Below are positions 36,477 to 48,892 of a stretch of 64,000 nucleotides of DNA, one piece after another. Made by a program: the position numbers and the translations under genes. The DNA comes from Takakia lepidozioides (taxonomy: Eukaryota; Plantae; Bryophyta): positions 13,268,001 to 13,332,000 of the forward strand of contig CM060734.1 in NCBI GenBank assembly GCA_030704615.1, in the 5' to 3' direction. A model generated the notes under the pieces. It did no database searches, had not been told where the DNA came from, and worked only from the letters and a program-made list of their open reading frames with translations. The stretch's first letter is position 1, and the number at the start of each line of letters is the position of its first letter.

Positions 36477-37809
36477 CTGAAATACAATGGCTGGCATGAC
36501 TCTCCACGAGTGCCTGAAACTTGTAGCTCTTCGCCCTGTAATTCCCGTTTATGGAATCACTCCATTCTTTTTGGGTTCTTGTATTGTTGTTATACTCCAT
36601 CCTTTGCATCTAAAGCTTGCAATGTAGACATGGATTGAAGACTCTCTAAGGTTTGGCAACATTTCAAAACTGGAAGTATTTCTGGATGCTTTGACTGCAA
36701 AATATAAGTTTCTCATAAGGAGTGAAATGCACCTCTATAGGCATGACATCTCAAAGTGGTTTGGTGGTTTGGAAGAAACATATCGCCTCTATCTTGTTTT
36801 CCAGCTTTGAACATTTCATGGCTGAGTCAAAAGCCCAGGCCCTTTTGGGGTTTACTTATTGGGAAATGAGTTTGTGCTTTGCTATTTGGCTGGAATTGTT
36901 TGGGTGTTAAAATTTGGTGAAAAAGAAGTGTTGTAGAACCAGAACTACCTCCATGAAGGTAATTCTTTATTCATACGTATATGTGCACATTACCTACACG
37001 AAGATACGCTGGGCGCTCGCTGGACTGTGGGCGCAGTGCAAACGCGGATGCGTGCTTCGCTTCTGTAGTCTCTCAGAGTGTGTGTGGGCTGCCTTCGTCT
37101 GAGTGCTGGCGGTTGGGGGGACGCCATTACAGACCGTTGCTCCATGGCAAGCTTGTTATGCATAGCGGCATCTAATATATAGAAACTTCTCTTATGTTCT
37201 TCGGACGACCTGCATTTGTTAGTGGGCGATGGGCTCTGATCTGGTGACCCAGGTTTTGAGAGGATGGTCTCTCAGGATGAAGGTCATAGAGGCACACAGA
37301 GAGGGTACGAGTTGTTTCTGCTCATTAAGCTGCTCGGCAAATCGGCTGGAGACAGTATGAAGGACACAGGGTCTTTACTGAAGCGGGGAGGTTAAACACT
37401 ACCACAAATCTTGCTTAGTACATCAGCTCTCAAGCACTCACTTGGTTGGCGATTACTACGACTGTGCTTCTCTTTCGTAGTCACGGTATTGAACGTCGGA
37501 GACGTTAAGGTCAACAAATACACATGGAAGTGACGTGCATTAGGTCCTAGAGTCTATGTTGAGGAATGGTTTGCGCTCCTAGAAGCTAGTGGCAACTCAG
37601 GCTATGTGTGTTTTCTGCAGAGGTGATTGGTGAGTATGGCAGTATGAAAGAGAGGATGAATCTTGGATGATGGCTCCCCATGTGTGAGATAACAACTGAA
37701 AGAAATCCCTTGATGCGGAGGATCTAGTGCCAATTGACAGGAGAGCATTGGCGCAGTGAGTGTTGATAGCATTTTGACGACTGCACCGAGCAGTCGATTC
37801 GGGAGAGAG

Positions 37810-40555
37810 ATGCCACGATCCGATTCACGGTCGCCTCCTCGCAAGGGTAGGCGAAGGTCGCTGGTACGCTCTCCATCGCCTCCACCGCCGCCATCGCCTC
37901 AGTCACCGGCAGTAGACGGAGGCGAGACCACAGAAGCCGCTCTCCTCCTCTTCTTCATTCACATGGCAGGTGTGTTACAGTGAGCAAGGCATGGTTGCTT
38001 GGCCACTTTCTCAGTCTATTGTTACGCTAGAAGCCATGTGAGAGTGGAAGAGTTGTCGAGAAAGAGAGAAACAAAATATCCAGAAATTGATGGGAAAAGG
38101 AAAAAGAATGAGGTGGGACCAGACAGGCTCGGGATGGAAGGAGGGGGGTTTGATGACGCCGCTGCTGTTTTGAAGAAAAGCAGGAGGCCTTGGGAAGTCA
38201 CTTCTGGAATTTTACATACGATTCTTCTGCTTCTGCTGAACCCTGATGGCTGCCCTCTCCCCTGTGATGACGGTACCCCTAGATGCGCCTACCCTGTTGC
38301 TTTCAGCTTAGGCGCCGAAAAGTTATTCAGATATTGGTTTGTGGACTTGCTTACTTCTAGAGGTTGCAGAGGTAGGATTTTTCATATAGTGCACTCCTGA
38401 AGTCTGTTATGTTGATAGATTGGAAAGTAGATGGTGGGTTGGAGAAGCCATAGCTAACCGCGGTCCAAAGAAGTATGTGACAGCTTTAGTGGGATTGCTC
38501 CCTTCTTGAAAGGGAGGAGCTTGCTGTAAGAGATAAGAATTCTATGAGCTAAGAGTTGGCACTGGTTGGATGCAACTGGCACAAGTAACTTTCTTAGATG
38601 GAGTTTGAAGGGGGTTTTGCCAATCTGTGCTCTTCAAATAACCACTGATGATGTGTGCTTTTTGGTGTAAACAGGCGCAAGAGTAGGTCGATATCCCCCA
38701 GGCGAGTGAAGCGGCGCAGTCATTCACGATCGCCTGTGCACAAGTCTGGAAGTCCTAGTCTGATCTCTGTGGAGCGAAAGCGAGCTCTAGACAAGGCATG
38801 TGCAGATGAAGAACTTGAGACAAAGAGGTACGTCCTTCCTTGATGATTGAGTTTTGGTCTCTCCTTGAAATATTGGAAATTTTTGTTTCTGGATTGTGTT
38901 TTCTTAATTGATTCTATAAGGTCTCGGCTTCAAAGGATTCTCTTTTCTAATTGTTAACCATAACTTCCTAGGGTTATTTTGTCTTGTCAATATCCACTCT
39001 AACCGTACTTAAAATAAGATCGACAAAGTCTTGGAATCTAATACATCTGTTGGCCACAAGGCTACGGCAAACAATGTCTTAAGTACATTCTAAATACATC
39101 TGTGTGATCTGGTTTATACAGGGGGCATATTGTTAGAGATGTGTGTTGAGTCTCATCAATATTGGCTGTGTTTGCCCTTCTCCAATCCTGTTGCGGCATG
39201 AAAGTATTATCGAATCAGTCTCTTTTTTCTACAGCTGCAAGTTCTCTCTTGCTATCGCTCTTTGTCCTACGATTTGAACGTTGGCTGCACTGAACTGCTG
39301 GCAGGTGTCAGCAAGAAGCTGAATTGAAGCTAATTGAAGAGGAAACTTCAAGAAGAGTGGAGGAAGAGATACGCAAACAGGTTCAGGAAGCTTTAAATAC
39401 AGAAGAATTGAGGAAGGAGATTGAGATGAAATTTGAAGAGGGTCGCGAGAAGATTTTTGATGAGATTGCTGGTCAGCTGGAAAGTGAAAAGGAGCAAGCA
39501 CTTGCTGAAGCCAGAAAAAAAGAGGTGAGCCATTCATAGTGCATTGAATTTTTTCCCCTGTTTGAAGAAACATGTATCACTACGAAAGAAGCAACAGGTC
39601 GCATTCCTCCCTATCTTGTTGCAAAAACATATATATGCAGACTTTGCAGCACTTATATGTGCATTACAGAACTCAATTTGAATATAAGGGACTCGTGATA
39701 TACTTACCGTGTGATGATAAAATGTCTGGATATACTTCGTCCTATTGTTTACCAAATGCACAGGTAGGTGGTGCTTGTGTTGTTGCTTGGGACTTGTGCC
39801 CTCTGTTTGCATATTAGGGTTGTTGGGAGGCATTATATTGGTTAACTTGATCTTTGTTGACAAGTAACCATGTGTTTAAGCTTCGGCAGGTATACTGCAC
39901 TGGAAAGAGTAAGGTGCTTAGAATAGTTTTTTAATTAATGCTTTCAGGGCTTTGTGGGAAGCTCCAATAGAGTTTGTCTTTTGAAGTGGTTGCAGCTCCT
40001 AATCTGTTTTTTCGATCCATATTCACCAGGCTCTTAAAGCTTACCTCTGTAGGTCTATCTGGAAGATCCAAGGTCTTGGTCTTGCTGGGTAGACTCCTGG
40101 GTTTACTGTCAATCTCTTCTAAAGTTGTGCCAAGAGTGGTATCCCGTAGCAGTCACACTCTATCACTGATCGACGAGGAGGTCTGTAAATACTTGCTGTG
40201 GTTGATGTTCAGAATCTGAAGAATCCATTTCTTACAACAACTGTCCAGTGTGGTCACGAGTGCTGAACATGTAGAGTAAGTTCTGTTTCAGGAGCAAGTC
40301 GAGGAGAAGAAGGGAGAGCTGGATAGGATGTTGGAGGAGAACCAGTGGAAGATAGACGAGTCACAGAGGCGCGCTGCCGAGGAGCAATTAAGAAAAGAAG
40401 AAGAGCGGTACCGGGAGTTGGAAGCATTGCAGCATCAAAAGGAAGAGGCTTTGAGACGCAAAAAATTGGAAGAGGACCAGGGTCGTGTTGAACAGATGAA
40501 AATTCTTGGGAAGAAGAATACTCGTCCCAAGTTGTCATTTGCCTTTTCAAAATGA
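37810..40555 (+). CDS. ARGLU1: Arginine/glutamate-rich protein 1 homologue, 4 exons (37810-37969, 38675-38827, 39305-39524, 40292-40555)
   Basis: RS-rich N-terminus, LIEEETSRRVEE, LEEN...EEQ, C-terminal ILGKKNTRPKLSF and GT-AG introns. Exon 1 needs one extra base. Confidence 0.88.
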
Positions 40556-40949
40556 CACAGCAGATGGCTTACTGCTATTGCTAGCTCTCCCCCCCCTTCA
40601 TCCCTTCTAGTCCTTTAAATGACTTAGTGACAGGAATTCTGTGGTGACGCATCATTTACTCTTAGGATTGGTACAAGGAGACGAGAAAAATGGATTTCAA
40701 TACTGGAGTAGAGGTATGGCTCTCCCTATCACTGTTTGTACAATGTTCACTCCACACATTGAAGCATCAACATGGGCTTGAATTTCAGAAAGTCTGTTCA
40801 TGTGAGTCTACTGTTGCTACAAATGAATTCCATGCCACAGCACATAATATTTGACAATCCTTCGAAGCTATTTTTCATGGCGATTGTGCACACAGGCAGG
40901 GCTTCAAGAAGATAAAATAACCATATGCATGTGCCTGGTGTTTATTTTG

Positions 40950-43900
40950 TCACAATAGAGGAAGATGGGCCAGTTGGGGTGATTCGTTCGATGACAGTTA
41001 CGGGGCAGCACCAATACGGGCTTACCATGTGGTGTGGGTTCATCGTAGGCATTATTTGGGAGCACCAGGGAGAGCGATGGAGGGGCAGACAGTTAGCTTT
41101 CCAAGCTGGTAGTGTTCGTCTACCGTTAAGATGGAGTTGATGAGGGGTTGGGTAGTGTAGAGCCTTGTTGGTGGCATAGGCATGCAGTTGTGTTAAATGG
41201 CTGCTACAGTGGGACCGAAGTAAGGAGGGGAGAGAGATGGTTTGGCTACACGCGTAGCATATAATTTGCTTGGGAGGCCATGGATTGTGGCTGGGGCTAT
41301 TTGGTGGGTTGTTATGACGGTTGCATTTGGTTACAACCAAGTTGCAGCAGTAAATGTGTAAACAGTTATGTGGAAATTTAATGTTGGAAGATTTGGAAGG
41401 CCAGCACATGGTGGCTTGATGATATGCAGCTGTGAGAAGCAGGCAGTTTTAGTTAATATGTCCGATTCTTTGACGCGAATATGATGATACATTTTAAGAT
41501 CTAGTGGCCGAGCTGAAGCAGCGGGGGGGGGTAATAGATTGCTGTAGGTGTCTGTATTAATGAGGGGGGGTGAAGGGATGGCTGGAATGAGTAGCAGCCT
41601 TATACTTGGAGGTGTGATGCTAGGGGTGTTTGTGGGGGAGTCCGGGTGCAGGAGGGTGTGATAGGGTGGTTTGTGGGGTGTATGTGGGCAGTACTTGGGA
41701 TTTTGTGGTACAAAAGAACGAGTAATAGTTCTGTGGGAGTGTCGATGAGTGAGGGGTTGATGGGCACAGTGGGTGGGAGTGGTCCAGTGGTTGGTACCCA
41801 GACAGTGTAGGGGGAGGATAGTGGGGTAGTGTATTATTTTTGGTTGTGCTGTGGGTTTGGGGATAGTGGGTGATTATGGCCAGTGAGTGTATTTTGCATA
41901 AGGTTGTGTGGTAGTATCACAAAGGGAGAGTGAGAGTGTGGTGGTAGAGACAACCAACATGTAGCCCACTGGTAATGGGCACATACCACGTTGGATGTGG
42001 TTGTGGGTTCAAACCACGGTCTGGTGTGTCATGAAGGTGTCCACCTTTCAGCTGGAAGGGAGTAGCCCTTTGTGGTGAAGTGACACCATGAGTTACGCTC
42101 CCTTCGGGAGGCCCGTCATACTTTTACTGTTTTATGGTGGTAGAGAGTTTTGGGGTGTGTATGCAGGTAGGTCAGTGGGTGGGTAGAGGAGCATGAGAGG
42201 GTGTATTGCGGAGGAATGATGTGATGAAGTAGTGTATGGTAGTACTGTGAGGAAGTGTTGTGAGGGAGTCGTTTGATAATAGAATGTTTGGTTGGAGCCA
42301 GCAGTAGGTAAACCCCAGGTGGGTACCAGCCTAGCCTCTGTACACTGAGAAGACAAGCCGGCTGTGCAATGATAAGAAGAGAGTAGCTAGAGTACTTAGT
42401 ATAACAGGCGCCCGGGGCAGCTGGGGGAGCTGATGCTGTGGGTGTTGAGGTGCTTCTTGGGGTGCTGAAACCTAGGTGGTCATAGGGGGGCGCCGATTCG
42501 AAACATCTAGTCTGCAGCAGGGCAGTCTTGTCATAGCCTATTTCTTCGTAATTGCTGAGTGGGTATTGGGGCATCTGTGTGGTCGGTGATGTAACAGTAC
42601 ATGGAAGTATCTAGACGAACCTGCAGCCATGGTCCAAGGTAAAGACAACTTGCCAGATATTAGCGGTGTGGATAGCGGGGGGGGGGAGCATAAGCAGAAA
42701 ACATGTAGGCAGGCTGCAGCAGGGATGACATGAGCTAGGGTGGGTGGGGACTTCCCTGGGAGTAGAGGTGGTGTGCATCACTGGGGCCGAAGTGTGTGTT
42801 AGCTTGCCTGCCAGCGAGGGTGAGATTCCCAGAAAGAGGAAGGCCCGCGTATGGATTTTGGGAGCCTGTGGGAGAGTCGAGGTTCTAAAGCCACCAAAGA
42901 GGTGCACCACGTTAAAGCAAGTAAATTTAATGGGTATCAATCCACGTGCAATTGATAGAGAGTAGGGGGAGGAGACAGCTGGGGCTATGGGAATGTGAAA
43001 GCAGGGAGTTGAGGAGATGGGGTCAGGCACAGGCAAGGTGTTTAGGACAGACTGTTGAGAGGTGAGATCCACAAGGGGGTTGGTGGAGAGAGAAGTATAC
43101 AAAGTGTCAGCAGTGACGGGGACAGAGTGACAGGAATTGATAAAGGGCAGGGGCAGTGTAGCCGCTTTTGTGACGGTCAAAAGAGGAGAGTGGGAGCAGC
43201 AGCTAGTGGCGGCAGGCTGTGGGTAGGCCGTGTGCAAGTCAGACCATGACATCTGGAGAGGAGTACTGCGGATTGGCAATAGGGGGGTAGTGGGGGATGG
43301 AATGATGGTACCTGGAGTGATTTGGGAGAGGGTCAATCAGCCCGAGTTTTGATAGGTCGATCTGCCGGCAGCTTGATGGGCTGCCAGTTTTGGTGAGGAT
43401 GTGGTTGGCAGAGTTGAGGGCAGCGTGGATGAGCGCATCAGAGTTGTCACAATTGTCAGCTGGGCCAGCTACGTAGCTGGACTGATACGACTGTTTTGGA
43501 GCAGATGGTAAGGATCGCAGACAAGGGGGTCGCATGGGTGGTGTTGCTAGCAGCATCACTTGGGGGGGACGCATGACCAACATTATCAGTACAAGACATG
43601 GTCCAGCAGCTATGTGGGGCATGGGGAGTACATGAAGAGGCAGGGCAGGGGGGGGGGGTAAATGAATGGGCATGAGCTGGGGATGTCAACAACAGATACA
43701 GCTGGTTTGTACGAGATGGGTGTATAGGTCTTCTTGGGATTCATACACATCCTATGAGGGGTTAAGAGCAGTGAAACAGGTAACCGCAGAGAGTCAAGCA
43801 AAAGAGAAGAGGTAATGTATTGGCTAGGTATTGAATTGATAAGGGGGGGGTGGGTCCATAAGCAGGAGAGGAGGTTAGACAACTCCCTGTGCATCAGGGG

Positions 43901-44170
43901 CCTAAGAGGCCTTGGGTAAGGGACTGAAGACGCCATTGACCACTGCTGGTGGGGGGCTGGTGGGTGCTGAGGCCCGAGGCCAGGGCTCCACGGCTGAGCA
44001 GTAGTGCTTGACTGGAATTAAGTGGCCAGGCAGACTTCCGTTTCGGCCAGCAGGTGTACCACAGCCCCGATGGTAGTGTGAATGGGGTAGAGTCAGCAGA
44101 GGGGAGTAGAGGGGGGTTCCTCCATGCACCGAGACCCAGCTTCAGCATGCCGCATGTGCCCCACCCTAAA
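40950..44170 (-). mobile_element. Degenerate LINE-like fragment
   Basis: Same strong strand bias and Pro/His/Thr-rich broken frames as 22960-29640. No diagnostic domain recognised. Confidence 0.35.
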
Positions 44171-44903
44171 CAAACCAGTACTCCTTTTGCAACAATAACG
44201 CCATCAATGATTATCAATTTAACAAGCTTAATTCTGCGATCTGCACAAAACATTGATTTATTTATTAGTATATTTTCATAGTAACAAGTTATTTTACAGA
44301 TAATAAATTCATGCAACTTTCAGCTCAGTAACTATAATTCTTGAGTTTTGTTATTCATAAAAGGATAAAAGTAACATTTCAACATATATGTTAGGATGTA
44401 GGGTGTTTATATTGTGTACACATCAATAATCGTAGTGCATGATTTATTGTACCTTACTTTATATATGACTGAAGTTAGAACATAATTCATTTTATGACCA
44501 AATTACAATTTAATCTTAATAAATATTATTTGTAACATTAATCTAACCAATTCTACATATATGTCATATTTTACACTTCCAAAAGATCAAACAAAAAATA
44601 TACTTAAAACTATCTATTGCAATAAGATAGATATATTATTTTCAAATTATGTGAATGATTTTATAGTATGTGTATTTTTTAATATTTCTAATAATACAAA
44701 CATATTTTCAGGCAATAAACAAAATATCTATCAAATCCATATGATTTATCAATATATGTATATTTCCAAAAAGAAACGTAGGAGCGAAAGCCCACAAATT
44801 CAGGCCCTATAAGAGGGGGAAAAACTAACCCTCTTTCATTATGGGCCATGAGACCTAAAGGACGATCAACGCCCAGGCATACCATCACGAACAATCCACA
44901 CAC

Positions 44904-44979
44904 GGTGCAGGATACCAGGTTTGAACCCTGAACCACCAAGGCGACACACTGTGCACTTACCAGCTGAGCTACCAGCCCA
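44904..44979 (-). other. tRNA-like pol III head (SINE head or tRNA pseudogene)
   Basis: A-box TAGCTCAGCTGG (44971-44960) and B-box GGTTCAAACC (44927-44918). No clean cloverleaf. Confidence 0.55.
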
Positions 44980-45319
44980 TGTGCAAATTTTAAATTTTGC
45001 CACGTGGCGCAGCAAGAAGAGGCGCCGCCAAATAAATCAAAATAATAATAAATAAAATTAACAAAAATTAAAAAGAATGGAGTTTTAAATTGTGCCACAT
45101 GGCGCAGTGTGGCGCTCCGCAAAATTCTGCCACGTGGCTCAGCGCGGACAATCGCAGCCAGGAAATATATATATATATATATATTTAAAGAAATTAAAAA
45201 AAAACTATTTTTTATCGCTGGCGGCGCCCCGCGACTCCGCCACGTGGCTCAAAGCGGACAGGCGCGGCCCCAAAAGTTATCATTTATAAATTAATTATTT
45301 AAAAAACAAAAACAAAAAC

Positions 45320-47158
45320 CAAAACCAAAACGATTTTCTATCACTGGCACATGGCGGTTCCACGCGGCGGGACGCGGACAGGCACAGCCCACAAAAACAA
45401 TATAAATAAATAAATTTTAAAAAAAAACCAAAATAATTTTCTATCGCCGACGCATGGCGGCGCCGTCCGATCCCGCCAAGCTGCGAGATGTGGACAGGCC
45501 CCGCCCGAAAAAGGCCAAAAAAAATTAAAAAAATTAAAAAAACCCATGTGGCTCTGCCATGTGATTCTGCCACGTGGCGTGACGGGGACATGCGCCGCCA
45601 TATATACGAAGAAATCTTGGTTTGTGGATGGGACATTGCGTCCATAATGGTGCACACATGACATACCATTATGGTACTCCATAATTGTGTTTTCTCTAAA
45701 ATTAATAGTGGTCATTTTTTTTTGGTTCCTATGTAAGAGGGTCATCCCATATGCATGCTCATTTGCAACCGCCATGCAAACTTGGAGTGGAGAGCAAAAT
45801 GGAGTACTGGCGCGAACGTCAATAACAAGTGTGCTTTCAGGTTAGTGTTGGGGGTGTTGCGTACGCAACAACCTGTAATTTGCATTGTGGATTTTTATTG
45901 TTTTGTGTTATGTCATTATACGTTATTTCAATAAGGAGAATATAAAAAAGAAAGAAAGAGCATCGTCGAACATATGGGTGTAGCATGCGCAACACCCCTA
46001 GTAAAATTAAAAAATTAATAAGAGTATAAGAGTAGTTATAATTTATAATTTTAAAAAAAAAAAAAAAAACCAAAACGATTTTCTATGATTGGCACATGGC
46101 GGTTCCACGCGGCGGGACGCATACAGGTGCCGCCCGAAAAAGACAAAAACAAAACAAATAAACAAACAAACTGCGCCACATGGCGCGACGAGGACAGACG
46201 CCGCCATATATATGAAAAAATCTTGGTTTGTGGATGGGACGTTGGATGCGTCCATAATGGTGCACACATGACATATCATTATGGTGCGTCCATTATGGTG
46301 CTCCATAATTGTGTTTTTTCTATAATTTATAGTGGTCATTCTTTTTTGGTTCCTATATAAGAGGGTCACTCCATATGTATGCTCATTTGCAACCGCTGTC
46401 CAAACTTGGAGTGGAGAGCAAACTGGAGTACCGGCGCGAACGTCAACAATAAGTGTGCTTTCAGGTTAGTGTGGGGGTGTTGCGTACGCAACAGCCTGTA
46501 ATTTGCATTGTGGATTTTTGTTATTTTGTGTTATGTCGTTATACGTTATTGCAATAAGGAGAATATAAAAAAGAAAGAAAGAGCATCGTCGAACATATGG
46601 GTGTAGCATGCGCAACACCCCTAGTAAAATGAAAAATTAATAAGAGTATAAGAGTAGTTATAATTAATTAATTGTTATTATTTTAAAAAAAAACCCAAAA
46701 CGATTTTCTATCACTGGCACATGGCAGTTCCACGCGGCGAGGAGTGGCGCCGCCCGAAAAAGGTATTTTAAAAAATTATTATTAATATATTTATTTAAAA
46801 ATTATTTATTTAAAAAAAAAACATGTGGCTGCGCCACGTGATTCTGCCACGTGGCGAGACGGGGACAGGCGCCGCCATATATATGAAAAAATCTTGGTTT
46901 GTGGATGGGACGTTGGTTGCGTCCATTATGGTACACACATGACATAGCACTATGGTGCGTCCATTATGGTGCTCCATAATTGTGTTTTTTCTATAATTAA
47001 TAGTGGTCATTCTTTTTTGGTTCATATGTAATAGGGTCACTCCATATGTATGCTCATTTGCAACATCCGTCCAAACTTGGAGTGGAGAGCAAACTGGAGT
47101 ACTGGCATGAACGTCAACAACAAGTGTGTTTTTCATGTTAGTGTGGGGGTGTTGCGTA
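45320..47158 (+). repeat. Tandem array of three ~620-750 bp units; the third unit resumes at 60963-61110
   Basis: AAATCTTGGTTTGTGGATGGGAC at ~45612, 46218 and 46888. GTGTTGCGTACGCAACA at ~45854 and 46476, and split at 47158/60959. Confidence 0.9.
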
Positions 47159-47957
47159 TGTCGTGTACCTAAGCATCGTGCCACAACATACATCGTTGTC
47201 CACCACACAATCTAAGCACACAATCCTAGATTACCACAATGATAATGAAAGTGAACATAATTGAAACCCTCCACTCAAGAATCCACTCAATCACATAAAC
47301 TAAGTCAAGCCAAGGGCACCCTTGCTAAGGGAATCCACCCTACAAAGCCCCCACCACACTCTCTCTCTCAATACCTAGAGCTATGGAGGTGAGAGAGGCT
47401 CATGGAGGCTCAACTACAAGAAGATGAGCCTCCTCCATCCTCACAAGCGGAAAACCTATCCCATGTCCCAAGTGAGGCTGGACACCTCACTTGGCATGTG
47501 AGACCAAAGGAAGTCCCAACACACAAAATATAAATATAAATATATAAAATGTCTTAATTAACGAAAAGTAGGTAATTCTAGATAACCATGACTAAAACCA
47601 TGACAGCTGTCGTGCACCTAAGCATCGTGCCACAACATACATCGTTGTCCACCTCACAATATAAGCACACAATCCTAGAAAGTTATACCACAATCGCCCC
47701 CCTAGCTGGTGATTAGGTCCTTCTAACACCGGATAGCTGACAAGTATCCATCCCAATAAGATCATCGCGTGGTCATCAATCACCCCCAAGTCCCAGTATC
47801 TGAAGGCAATAGATCAAGAGGCCGGGTGCAAAAGTAGCCCTATCGTTACTCGCCTTCCTGCAATCCATGGCTTTAATTGGGTGTCCATGGCATTGAACTC
47901 CCGTTAGCTAGACCTTGGATCACTTGTCAACCTCACCACTGTCATGCCCCACTACCT

Positions 47958-48892
47958 CTATCCAAGGCATCATGGACACAACCATTCTCCACTATGAACC
48001 TCCTCAAGTGGCGGTGTCAAACATCCTATGTGTCACCCCCCTTGAGCATTTGTCACACACCAACATGGTCGCGGCACCACCAGCATGCCCACATAGCATG
48101 CAACGCAACCCTGCAGGTACCACTGCAAGGTTGGGATCTATCCTCCTATCCACATGTGGAAGGTGACATGACGCACAATTGCGTACATGGTCCTTCCATA
48201 CCATGCCATTTCGACCCTCCAGAATCAACACTCCTAAAGGCAACACCTCCCGGACCCTTAGAATCACACGACCTGCTGTGACATCCAAGGTCGTAGGCGT
48301 TGTCTGCTGCAGATACACATAGTCCCCAGGATGGAAACGCCGAACACCTCGCCGTTATCCCCCTCCACGTATAGTGACATACCTCAATGTGTCTCAGTGT
48401 TGGGCAATAGCAAGGTTCTCAAAAGCCATAGGCATGACTCTCTTGAACAACTCTGTCTGTTGGGCACCTGCTTGTGTCCACACATCATCAAGGTTGAGGA
48501 CTACTGTAGTCTCCCTGCGAATAGATGCAGGCAAATCTGGCTCTCGGCCAAAGAGAAGGAAATAAGGCGAGAACGAGGCAAGTGATGCTTGCTTGCTAAA
48601 CCTGTAGCCCATGACCAACCAAGGTAGCTGAAGGTCCCAATCTCCCAAGTGTCCCTTCTGCAAGCCATACTTGTGCAAGCCTCGCTTGACTATTTGTACA
48701 ACCCTCTCGGCCAAGCCATCAGCCTCGGGATGATCCCGAGAAGTAGTGCGGTGATCTATCAAGGCTTGCTCACACAAAGCCTGAAACTCCCCCAATAACT
48801 CTCTCCATTTGTCCGTGAGTACGTCGGCTGGAGTACCAAATTGGCTAAGCACTCGATCTAAGAATGCATACGCAGCCCCCTCACTTGCCTTG
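47958..48892 (-). pseudogene. Integrase core/C-terminus and PHD finger of copy 2 (N-terminal part at 55842-56170)
   Basis: HEELGHFG...CMVC...WSLDFAGP...LPDK joins ASEGAAYAFLDRV...VLTD...ADGLAERVVQ across the nested element. PHD begins CMLCGHAGGAATMLVCDKC. Confidence 0.88.

Noticed and set aside
44904-44979. Functional tRNA gene
   Set aside because: A and B boxes are present but the acceptor and anticodon stems do not pair convincingly.
47159-47605. Independent solo element inserted beside copy 2
   Set aside because: There is no TSD around A2-B2 alone. The only duplication (CGTA) brackets the whole 47159-60958 unit, and the spacer is just 2 nt.
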